Shown: positions 38,852 to 46,856 of the stretch, piece by piece
Layout: each line of letters opens with the position of its first letter
How positions within the stretch are numbered: the stretch's first letter is position 1
Origin: Alphaproteobacteria bacterium
GTDB lineage: Bacteria > Pseudomonadota > Alphaproteobacteria > Rs-D84 > NBLK01
Length of the DNA: 46,856 bases
Reading direction: 5' to 3'
Assembly (NCBI GenBank): GCA_016937865.1
Contig: JAFGVS010000031.1
Span: 1-46,856 of the forward strand
Position numbers and translations under genes: made by a program
Notes under the pieces: generated by a model
Database searches by the model: none
What the model saw: only the letters and a program-made list of their open reading frames with translations
What the model was told of the DNA's origin: nothing

Positions 38852-40699
38852 ATGCCAAAACAAACCTATACGCAAACCTCATTTTCACACGGAATGGTAT
38901 CGCTGCCCATTTTTGTGCGCAGTGATTTAGAGGCCCAAAGCAATGGCCTAATGACATTGGAAAATGCCTATGTAACACCAACCGGAGGCATAAAAAGACG
39001 GGAAGGGACACGTTTTATTGATACGCTTTTGGGGAAATCTCGCCTGATTAATTTCGGCGCGGCAAAACAAGAAGTTTTGGTTGTTTTAAGTAATCTAAAA
39101 ATAGCCATTTATGAAGAAGATGTTAAGGTTTTTGAGGCGACTTCGCCATGGCGCGAAAACGAAATTCAACACGTGCAATGGACGCAAAATGTAGACACAT
39201 TATTTTTAGTACATCCTGATTTTGCACCGAAGAAGCTCAGGAAGGCAAAAAATGTTTGGCAGTTTCAAAATTGGATATTTCAAACAAATATAGACGGATT
39301 AACCTTAGATCCTTTTTATAAATTTGATGATACGGAAGGCGTGTTGCTAACGCCACTTGGAACCAGTGGCACATTCATTGTAAACGTGTCAACACAGTAC
39401 TTTTCAGAAGAACATATTGGTCTAAAAATACGTCTGAACGACGGTGAGATGATTATAACGCAAGTTATTGATGACAGCAGCATTCAAGTGCAAAGTAGCA
39501 AGGATTTAATCTCCTTGGATCAAAGCAGCGATTGGATTGAATCGTGCTTTTCAGATCAGCGGGGCTGGCCGATTTCGATTTCTTTTCATCAAAATCGTCT
39601 GGTTGTTGGAGGTTCTAAATCCTTGCCACATAAAGTATGGATGTCAAAAACAGGGGATTTTTTCAACTTTGATTTTGGGGAAGGTTTGGATGATGAAGCC
39701 ATTACATTCAGTCTGCTCTCAGATCAGCGCGAACATATTTCAAGTGTGTTTTCAGGAACACATTTGCAAGTTTTAACCGCCCAATCGGAATGGATGGTCG
39801 GCGGTGAACCCTTAACACCCGCAACAATAAACGTAAAGAAACAAACGACCATCGGATCTCATTTGGACCGATATTTGCCACCTCAAAACGTAGAAGGGGC
39901 AACCATCTTTATTGCAAAAAACGGAAAAGAAATCCGTGAATTTATTTATGGTGAGGTTGAAAAAACGTATCAGTCCTATGACTTAGCATTGCTGGCAGGA
40001 CATCTCATGGAAACACCTGTGGATCAAACCTATAATGACGAAAACCGTAAATTATATGTTGTTATGGAAACCGGAAACATGGCGGTCTTGGTATTGAATA
40101 AAAGTGTCGGGGTTGCCGGCTGGAGTGTGTATAAAACACAAGGTAATTTTCAATCAATTGCGATTGTAAATGGGCAAACATATATCAGTGTCGCGCGGGC
40201 AACTGGGGTGTTTTTGGAAAAATTTGATGAAAGAGTGCACTTAGATTCAAGTATTTCCACCAAAGACGCAAATGTGGTTATCTTGCCACACTTAAATAAT
40301 CAAAACAGTGGATGGACAGGGGATGATTTTCGCTCTGGTGAAGATGTGGTTCAAGACAATAATTTAGGCTTGCCAGAAATCATGGAAACAACGGATGCAG
40401 GCTTAAATTATACCCACGTTATCGAACCGCTGCCAATTTTAAATCTAAATGGGGAAGTGGCAAAAAAATGGCGCCTAATTGAGTTGCGTTTAAGTCTGAA
40501 AAAATCTCATTTGTTAGAGCTTAGCATGCAAGATGAAACACACACAGTTCAGTTGGATGAGGACGTGTTTACAGGCAGCTATCGTTTGAAAGCGTTGGGA
40601 TATATTGAAGATCTAACGACATCTTTGTGGAAGATTGAAAGTAACAAACCGTATGCCTTTGAATTCTTGGGATATACCGCATTTATCAAAACCATATAA
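38852..40699 (+). CDS. Tail tubular protein B / nozzle (T7 gp12-like)
   Basis: QTSFSHG...GGIKRREGT, TQNVDTLFLVHP, GWPISISFHQNRL, WMSKTGDFFNF. Confidence 0.83.
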   Translation: MPKQTYTQTSFSHGMVSLPIFVRSDLEAQSNGLMTLENAYVTPTGGIKRREGTRFIDTLLGKSRLINFGAAKQEVLVVLSNLKIAIYEEDVKVFEATSPWRENEIQHVQWTQNVDTLFLVHPDFAPKKLRKAKNVWQFQNWIFQTNIDGLTLDPFYKFDDTEGVLLTPLGTSGTFIVNVSTQYFSEEHIGLKIRLNDGEMIITQVIDDSSIQVQSSKDLISLDQSSDWIESCFSDQRGWPISISFHQNRLVVGGSKSLPHKVWMSKTGDFFNFDFGEGLDDEAITFSLLSDQREHISSVFSGTHLQVLTAQSEWMVGGEPLTPATINVKKQTTIGSHLDRYLPPQNVEGATIFIAKNGKEIREFIYGEVEKTYQSYDLALLAGHLMETPVDQTYNDENRKLYVVMETGNMAVLVLNKSVGVAGWSVYKTQGNFQSIAIVNGQTYISVARATGVFLEKFDERVHLDSSISTKDANVVILPHLNNQNSGWTGDDFRSGEDVVQDNNLGLPEIMETTDAGLNYTHVIEPLPILNLNGEVAKKWRLIELRLSLKKSHLLELSMQDETHTVQLDEDVFTGSYRLKALGYIEDLTTSLWKIESNKPYAFEFLGYTAFIKTI

Positions 40700-40718
40700 C
40701 AAAAAAAAGGAGAAAAAA

Positions 40719-40910
40719 ATGGAAAAAATTATTAACGGGGGCCTTTTAAAAGGCAAAAAAACATACATCACAACCACACTTGGATTGCTGTCTGCGTTAG
40801 GCGCCTATCTGATTGGAGAAATGGATCTCGCGGGCTTTTTACAAACCGTATTTCCGCTCGTTGGGATACTATTTTTACGCAAAGGAATCGCAGATCAATC
40901 ACAAAAATAA
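40719..40910 (+). CDS. Small two-TM holin-like protein
   Basis: AAGGAG RBS before ATG 40719; LKGKKTYI...TM...TM...FLRKGI. Confidence 0.65.
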   Translation: MEKIINGGLLKGKKTYITTTLGLLSALGAYLIGEMDLAGFLQTVFPLVGILFLRKGIADQSQK

Positions 40911-40922
40911 AAGGATACATAA

Positions 40923-41616
40923 ATGACTGAAAGACCAGAGTTCTTACCTGAAAAGTTTTGGGATATGGAAAAAAAATGCGCCTCGTTTAGAAGCGATGAG
41001 TAAATCATACAAAGAATTGGAAAAGCGTTTTTCTCAAACACATCAGTTTTCAAAAGAAAATTTAAATGATGAAGAAAAAAAACAAATCTTAAAAATGTTG
41101 GGACATCCCGAAGCGCCCTCTGCGTATGAGGATGTCTTGGCTGATAAATTCCAAATCGATTCAGAGGCGAATGAAAAGTTGCATGCGGTCGGGTTAACAC
41201 CGGAACAAGTCCAAGTTGTGTATGAATTGGCGAATGAACGTCTGATGCCACAATTAGAAGAGGCCGAAAAAAACACAGAAAGTATGCAACAAAACTTATT
41301 GTTAAAAGATTATTTTGGATCAGAAACGGCGGTTGAATCGGTGGCGAAACAAGTGCTCGCTTATGCCGAAAATAATTTTTCACCAGATGTCGCCGAAGAA
41401 CTCTGTCAAAGCGCCAAAGGGGTGATTGGGATCTATGAAATGATGCAATCGAATAAAGAGCCCGGAATTTTGGCCGGAAAAGGCGAAGATATGGAAAACC
41501 TCTCTGACCAGTCACTCCGTAAAATGATGCAAGACCCGAAATATTGGCGTGAACAAGATCCTGAATTTGTTAAAAAAGTCAAAATTGGTTTTGAAAAGCT
41601 ATACGGCGAAAAATAA
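40923..41616 (+). CDS. Capsid assembly/scaffolding protein, split by a +1 frameshift at A8 (40969-40976)
   Basis: RBS plus MTERPEFLPEKFWDMEK in one frame; continues NAPRLEAMSKSYKELEKRF...GLTPEQ...DPKYW in the +1 frame. Confidence 0.78.
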
Positions 41617-41619
41617 ATA

Positions 41620-41648
41620 AAAAAAACGCCTCCACGGAGGCGTTTTTC
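41620..41648. terminator. Bidirectional terminator closing the cluster
   Basis: aaaaacgcctcc-ac-ggaggcgttttt. Confidence 0.85.
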
Positions 41649-41663
41649 TTTTGAAATCAAATC

Positions 41664-42098
41664 TTATCTATACCGCATCGCACGAAATTCTTCACGCGTC
41701 ACTTTGCCATCACTATTTAAATCCAAAGAATCGAAATGATCCTGTGCCATTTCTTCAGCACATACCATAAATTCTTCCTTAGACACGATACCGTCGTTGT
41801 TTGTATCTTTTTTTGAAAAACGTTTTATTTTTTTTTCTACATTGCAGCCGAGCGTTTGGGTCTCACACTTTAAAAACTCAAATTTTGAAAGTTGTTCATC
41901 TTTGTTTTTATCTTTATTTTCAAAGCTTTTCGCTTTTTTTCCCAAGTCACACTCAGAGTTCTTTCCCAGACGAAACTCTTCCAAAGTAACGACATCATCT
42001 CTATTTTTGTCATATTTGTGAAAGAATCCCCCTTTGGCATCCGCTGTTCCGGCAGATAGAATAAAGGCCATTCCAAATAAGATAGATAATAAACGCAT
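41664..42098 (-). CDS. Secreted EF-hand protein
   Basis: GGAG RBS, signal peptide ending ADA, four loops DKNRDDVVTLEEF, DKNKDEQLSKFEF, DTNNDGIVSKEEF, DLNSDGKVTREEF. Confidence 0.88.
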   Translation of the reverse strand: MRLLSILFGMAFILSAGTADAKGGFFHKYDKNRDDVVTLEEFRLGKNSECDLGKKAKSFENKDKNKDEQLSKFEFLKCETQTLGCNVEKKIKRFSKKDTNNDGIVSKEEFMVCAEEMAQDHFDSLDLNSDGKVTREEFRAMRYR

Positions 42099-42174
42099 TT
42101 TAACGTCTCCGTTGTCTTGAGTGAATGCCACAAGTATAGCGAATTTTAGACAAAGGGGCAAACAAATAAAAAGC

Positions 42175-42203
42175 TTGAAATCCTTGAGCGTTTTATTTAT
42201 GCT
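42175..42203 (+). promoter_or_regulatory. sigma70-type promoter of rpmF-plsX-fabH
   Basis: TTGAAA-N17-TATGCT. Confidence 0.55.
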
Positions 42204-42235
42204 ACGCGGGCAATAAATTAAATAGGAGTCTAACA

Positions 42236-42400
42236 ATGGCAGTTCCAAAAAAGAGAACATCTGCATCAAAACGTGATATGCGTCGCTCGCATCATGCGCT
42301 AAAGCCAGAAGCAATGAGCACATGTAAAGCATGTGGTGAAGCAATGTTACCACATCATGTTTGCCCAGCGTGTGGCGAACGTCCAAAGGCGAAAAAATAA
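42236..42400 (+). CDS. rpmF: 50S ribosomal protein L32 (absent from ORF track)
   Basis: Translates as [54 protein letters not shown]; AGGAG RBS; upstream of plsX. Confidence 0.96.
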   Translation: MAVPKKRTSASKRDMRRSHHALKPEAMSTCKACGEAMLPHHVCPACGERPKAKK

Positions 42401-42415
42401 CGAAAAGGACAGATA

Positions 42416-43438
42416 TTGTCTACCATTCTCGCAGTCGATTGCATGGGAGGGGATAAAGCACCCAAAGCGGTGTTTGACGGCCTCAGTTTAGTTTGTCGTG
42501 AGCGAGGAGATGTTATTTTTCATCTGTTTGGAAAAGAACGTGTTTTACAAAAACATCTAAAGCGCCACCCGTATCTCGCGGGGCGCTCTCTTATTTTTCA
42601 TAGCCCAGGGATCATCAAAGGAACGGATAAAGCCCGTGATGCGATTCGAAATGGTCAAAAATCCAGTCTCTACATGGCAATTGATCATGTGAAACGTGGC
42701 GAAGCCCATGCGATTCTGTCTGCCGGTAATACAGGTGCTTTTATGGGAATGGCAAAGCTTGGATTTCGAACGATATCCTCTATTATGCGTCCGGCCATTG
42801 TCAGTATTCTGCCAACACAAAATGGGCGAACCGTGATGTTGGATTTAGGCGCAAATTCTGAATGTAACGAGGATCATTTATTTCAATTTGGGGTTATGGG
42901 GGCTTTATACGCTCAATTAATGCTGGACAAAAAACGTCCAACGGTTGGCTTGTTAAATATTGGGGAAGAACACACCAAAGGAAATGATGTGTTGCGCAAT
43001 ACATATCAAAAAATGACAACACTTAAAAACGCACCGTTCAAATTTCATGGATTCGTCGAAGGAAATGATATTTTGCTTGGCACAACGGATGTTGTTGTGA
43101 CAGATGGCTTTACGGGTAATGTCGCGTTGAAAACCGCAGAAGGAACGGCAAAGTTCCTAGGTGATTTGATCAAAAGAGTCTTTAAAGATTCATTTTGGGG
43201 TAAAGTGGCCTATTTCCTTGTAAAAGGCGGATTAAAAATTCTCAAGAGTCGAATGGATCCACGTGAATATAGTGGGGCTGTTTTTATCGGATTAAATGGG
43301 ATTGCGGTAAAAACGCACGGGTCTTCGGATAAAGTTGCATTTGCGCGTGGAGCAGAATATGCTATAAGTATTGTTGAAAAAGATCTTAACAAAAAAATTA
43401 AGAAACAAATTGAAAAAATAAATAAAGGAAAAATATGA
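42416..43438 (+). CDS. plsX: Phosphate acyltransferase
   Basis: AVDCMGGD, SAGNTGA, LDLGAN, LLNIGEE, DGFTGNVALK, KTHGS. Confidence 0.96.
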   Translation: MSTILAVDCMGGDKAPKAVFDGLSLVCRERGDVIFHLFGKERVLQKHLKRHPYLAGRSLIFHSPGIIKGTDKARDAIRNGQKSSLYMAIDHVKRGEAHAILSAGNTGAFMGMAKLGFRTISSIMRPAIVSILPTQNGRTVMLDLGANSECNEDHLFQFGVMGALYAQLMLDKKRPTVGLLNIGEEHTKGNDVLRNTYQKMTTLKNAPFKFHGFVEGNDILLGTTDVVVTDGFTGNVALKTAEGTAKFLGDLIKRVFKDSFWGKVAYFLVKGGLKILKSRMDPREYSGAVFIGLNGIAVKTHGSSDKVAFARGAEYAISIVEKDLNKKIKKQIEKINKGKI

Positions 43439-44376
43439 AGTCTGTTTTTGTTGCCTCGGGTTCATTTCTACCACCTAAAGTGGTTACAAACGACGATTTA
43501 TCTAAAATCGTGGATAGCTCAGATGAATGGATTTTCCCAAGAACCGGGATTAAGCAACGTCATATCGTTGAAGATGAAACAACAGCGGATTTGGCAACGA
43601 TTGCCTGTGAGCGTGCTTTAGAAAAAGCAGGTTGGACGGCAGATTCAGTGGATTTAATTATTCTGGCCACCTCAACACCCGATATGGATTTTCCGGCAAC
43701 CGCGGCGGTTGTCCAAAAACAACTTGGGGCATCAAAAGCGATTTCATTTGATATGCAAGCTGTGTGTAGTGGGTTTGTTTATGCACTGTCAACAGCCGAT
43801 CTTTACTTAAAAGCAGGTAAAGCCAAACGCGCGCTCGTTATCGGGGCCGAACGGATGTCTTCATTATTAGATTGGACGGATCGTGGCACATGTGTGTTAT
43901 TTGGGGACGGAGCAGGAGCCTTCGCACTGGAAGCAAAAGAAACAACAGAGGAAGAAGGCCTGATCGATTCAATTTTATATACGGATGGGACCCAAGCCGA
44001 TATTTTGTGTGCCGGATCGAAAGAGCATCCAAAAACATTTATGAATGGCCGTGAAGTTTTTCGTCATGCCGTTGCTAAAATGGAAGAAGTTTCTCGCGAA
44101 GTCTTGGATAAAAACGGCTATACAGCAGATGATATAACCTATTTAATTCCACACCAAGCCAATGACCGTATTATTCAACATATTGGAAAATCAATGGGTT
44201 TGCCGGCCGATAAAGTCATCTCAAGCGTTCGGAATCATGCGAATACATCGGCGGCAAGTATTCCGTTAGCTTTTGATGAAATGGCACAAGCCGGAAAAAT
44301 AAAAAAAGGCGATTTGATTGTCTTTACGGCACTTGGCGCAGGGATCACCTGGGGCGCAAGCTTACTTCGCATTTAA
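43435..44376 (+). CDS. fabH: 3-oxoacyl-ACP synthase III
   Basis: AVCSGF, LFGDGAGA, PHQAN, NTSAASIP, GAGITWG. Confidence 0.96.
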   Translation: MKSVFVASGSFLPPKVVTNDDLSKIVDSSDEWIFPRTGIKQRHIVEDETTADLATIACERALEKAGWTADSVDLIILATSTPDMDFPATAAVVQKQLGASKAISFDMQAVCSGFVYALSTADLYLKAGKAKRALVIGAERMSSLLDWTDRGTCVLFGDGAGAFALEAKETTEEEGLIDSILYTDGTQADILCAGSKEHPKTFMNGREVFRHAVAKMEEVSREVLDKNGYTADDITYLIPHQANDRIIQHIGKSMGLPADKVISSVRNHANTSAASIPLAFDEMAQAGKIKKGDLIVFTALGAGITWGASLLRI

Positions 44377-44438
44377 TCCTTGCAACGATCTACAAGGTCT
44401 ATAAAATGGTGTTCTGATATAAAAAAGAAGGAGAAATC

Positions 44439-45565
44439 ATGAAATTTCTAAGATTATTTTTGAGTGTTCTATTTATTGGAATGGCTTCAACGGCTTCTGC
44501 ATTAACGGCGGATTTGTTCTATAGCCCAACATGTCCACATTGCCATGATGCGATGCGATTTATTGATGCTAAATTGAAAAAAGAATATCCAAACGTAAAT
44601 ATCGTGCGCCATAATGTTTTCATTAGCAGCGAAGGCGATATGATGAAGGAAAAAGCGCTTGAACTCGGCATTGCACGTCTAGGTGTTCCACTATTTATCG
44701 TTGGCGATGACTTCGTTTCTGGCTTTGGTTCAGATGAAACAACAGGCGACGAATATCGCACCGCCATTGATAACGCCCTCGGGATCAAAAAAAAAAGATA
44801 GTTGGTGGTTCTGGTAACGCCGAAGAATCTAAAGTAATCAAAGCCGGCTGGTTTGGCGAGGTTGATTTACTGGAAACATCTATTCCGGCACTCGCCGTTG
44901 TTCTAGGGCTTGTTGATGGTTTTAACCCATGCGCGATGTGGGTATTGGTCTTTATGATTGGGCTTATTCTTGAAATTAAAGACCGGCGCAAAATCTGGAC
45001 GATTGTCGGAACATTTATTGCCGCCAGCGGAATTCTGTATTTTCTATTTATGACAGTTTGGTTCAATGCGTTCCAATTAATGGGACAAGTCGTATGGATC
45101 CAACGTTTATTGGGTGTCGGTGCGCTTTATATGGGATATGCCAGCCTGCGCGATTATTGGAAAGGGCATGTCGATTGTGAAGTCGGAGATCTGAAATCCA
45201 AAGCGAAAACCCGCGACAAAATCAAAGAAATTATCGAAGCGCCAATGAATTGGGCACTATTTATCTCTGTTGTTGGGTTGGCTTTCACGGTGAACGCCAT
45301 TGAATTTGCGTGTTCCCTGGGATTGCCAGCGGTCTTTACGGGGGTGCTTGCACAGGCGGATTTATCAACATGGGCGTATTATGGCTATATCGGTTTATAT
45401 GATTTCTTCTTTATGTTAGATGATATTGTGATTTTCAGTCTTGCGGCATTTGCTGTGGATAAATTTGTCGGCGATAAATACGTGAAGTACTGTAAATTAC
45501 TTGGCGGAATCGTCCTTGTTCTCCTGGCTGTAATCCTGTTGGTTGCACCTGAAGTGTTGAGATAA
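44439..45565 (+). CDS. Exported CPHC thioredoxin/glutaredoxin domain joined to a DsbD/CcdA-like membrane domain across a -1 frameshift at A10 (44787-44796)
   Basis: ORF 44439..44801 has signal peptide, CPHC and GVP. The -1 frame after the A run reads IVGG...LGLVDGFNPCAMWVL into ORF 44936..45565, which has a second Cys motif EFACS. Confidence 0.8.
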
Positions 45566-45568
45566 AAA

Positions 45569-46264
45569 ATGTATTTGATTAAAAGAATTTCACACAGTGG
45601 TTATTGTTCTCGACGCGAGGCAGAAATTCTTATTCGCGGTGGTCAAGTATATGTTGCCGGGGAAAAAATCACGGATCCTGCGACTCAAGTGGATGAAGAT
45701 ACACCGGTGAAAGTCGAAGGGAAGCTTTTAAAAGCACAGGAAAAAACACGCGTCTTTGCCTTTCATAAACCAATTAAAGTGCTAACAACACATAAAGACG
45801 ACAAAAATCGCCAAACAATCTTTCATTTTTTACCTAAATGGATGAAACAATATCATGCGATAGGGCGTTTGGATTTCATGTCCGAAGGCCTTATTCTATT
45901 GACGAATTCTGCAACATTAAAAGAAAAAATGGAGCGCGGAGATTTAGAACGTGTATACGAAGTTAAGATCAAAGGGCCGGCGCGTCCAACGTTAAAAGAA
46001 ACCCTGGAAAAAGGGATACGGATCAAAGGGATAAAATACAAACCTGTTCAATGCGCGATTGGTCGAAAAAATGAAGGATCAACGTGGTTGACCCTAACGT
46101 TGACCGAAGGCAAAAACCGAGAAATCCGTGAAATTTTGGGCCATCTCGGCTATACGGTGTTGCGTCTTATGCGCGTATCGTATGGAAAATATAAGCTAGG
46201 CGAACTTGAACGCGGCGAGCTCTTTGAATATGTCGAACAAGAAAAAATAAAGAAGAAAAAATAA
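45569..46264 (+). CDS. RsuA/RluB-family pseudouridine synthase
   Basis: S4 domain SRREAE, GRLDFMSEGLILLTN, EGKNREIR. Confidence 0.93.
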   Translation: MYLIKRISHSGYCSRREAEILIRGGQVYVAGEKITDPATQVDEDTPVKVEGKLLKAQEKTRVFAFHKPIKVLTTHKDDKNRQTIFHFLPKWMKQYHAIGRLDFMSEGLILLTNSATLKEKMERGDLERVYEVKIKGPARPTLKETLEKGIRIKGIKYKPVQCAIGRKNEGSTWLTLTLTEGKNREIREILGHLGYTVLRLMRVSYGKYKLGELERGELFEYVEQEKIKKKK

Positions 46265-46299
46265 AAGATGATAGGTCAAAGAGGTACAGAAGGTTAGAA

Positions 46300-46812
46300 A
46301 TGAAAAAATTATTACCTATACTCGGGTTACTATTTTCTTCTAATTCAATGGCCGCAATCGGAACAGGACATGCTCAAGCAGAGCTCACAAAACCACTTTC
46401 TATCACATTTGTAAGAAACGTAAATTTTGGGACAATTTCAATTGATCCATCTGCTGGGCCTCAAACAATTCCAATAACAATGTATGGTACTGTTACGTGT
46501 CCGCTAACATATGTGTGTGCGGGAAGTCCAATCGGTGGGTTAATGTATTTTTATGGATCTCCGAACATTCCTATTTCTGTCAGTATTTCTGGTGAAACAG
46601 CAACTCTTACAGATGGGAATGGTAACTCAATTATTTTTGATCCAAGCTTTGGAAGTGGCGATACACACAATACTACGTTAGATAATGTAGGATATCGGGC
46701 ACTCATTATGGGAGGGGAAATCAGTTTTACCGGAAATGAGTCTGAAGGAGTATATTCATCCACAAATGCGAGAGGTGGTCCCAAAAATTCGGACAGTGTG
46801 TTAAGCTACTAA
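46300..46812 (+). CDS. DUF4402-like fimbrial-type protein, paralog 2; C-terminus probably replaced by an insertion
   Basis: Shares GTGHAQAEL, IDPSAG, ATL.DG.GN, GGEI.FTGNE with 1689..2207; similarity ends near YSSTNA (46770). Confidence 0.7.
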   Translation: MKKLLPILGLLFSSNSMAAIGTGHAQAELTKPLSITFVRNVNFGTISIDPSAGPQTIPITMYGTVTCPLTYVCAGSPIGGLMYFYGSPNIPISVSISGETATLTDGNGNSIIFDPSFGSGDTHNTTLDNVGYRALIMGGEISFTGNESEGVYSSTNARGGPKNSDSVLSY

Positions 46813-46856
46813 TTTAGATCAAAAAGGAGATCAAAAATGAGTAGAATACGTAAAAA
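46771..46856 (+). mobile_element. Probable left end of an IS3-family element with the start of OrfA
   Basis: GAGGTGGTCCCAAAAATTCGGACAG resembles IS3-family inverted repeats (from recall); AGGAG RBS then ATG 46837 MSRIRK; coincides with loss of paralog similarity; canonical 5'-TG is not present. Confidence 0.5.

Larger units (their letters stand above)
31818..41648 (+). other. Podovirus-derived structural gene cluster (GTA-like candidate or domesticated prophage remnant)
   Basis: 14 co-oriented virion, lysis and hypothetical genes; no integrase, repressor or replication genes. Confidence 0.8.

Noticed and set aside
32196-41616. Complete, inducible prophage
   Set aside because: No integrase, repressor, replication genes, att repeats or flanking tRNA are visible; the cluster is only ~10 kb and the terminase lacks its nuclease domain.
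42099-42386. N-terminal extension of the EF-hand ORF in the ORF track
   Set aside because: It is antisense to rpmF; the RBS and signal peptide place the start at 42098.
44802-44830. Frameshift-stimulating pseudoknot after the A10 run
   Set aside because: The two possible stems leave zero-length connecting loops; at most a weak hairpin.
1-46856. CRISPR array, rRNA, tRNA or tmRNA genes
   Set aside because: No regularly spaced DNA repeats or recognisable RNA gene signatures found by eye; a tRNAscan/Infernal run is needed to be sure.

Overview
A low-GC bacterial chromosome segment. The protein families and gene order (rpsF-rpsR-rplI, rpmF-plsX-fabH, ihfA-merR, RplI with an acidic tail) suggest a streamlined alphaproteobacterium (inference). 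Most of the window is housekeeping genes: trxB end, malic enzyme, polA, mscS, rsmD, tig, msbA-like, tsaC, miaA, rnhA, glyA, folD, a Kef antiporter, rpmG, rpmF, plsX, fabH and a pseudouridine synthase. Between these lie orphan secreted proteins: two DUF4402-like fimbrial paralogs, a Cys-rich glycine-zipper protein, a 2705-aa Cys/Trp repeat protein, lipoproteins and an EF-hand protein. The main observation is a compact ~9.8 kb cluster (31818-41648) of podovirus-type (T7/BPP-1-like) virion genes. It has no integrase, repressor, replication genes, recognisable small terminase or large ejection proteins. It sits behind a near-consensus sigma70 promoter and a ~340-nt leader, its gene order is shuffled, and its large terminase is cut back to the ATPase domain. 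It is a candidate domesticated gene-transfer-agent-like or virus-like-particle system. Two genes are split at poly-A runs (the scaffold, and a CPHC thioredoxin fused to a DsbD/CcdA-like domain). The window appears to end in the left end of an IS3-like element. All family calls come from motif recognition by eye, not database searches.
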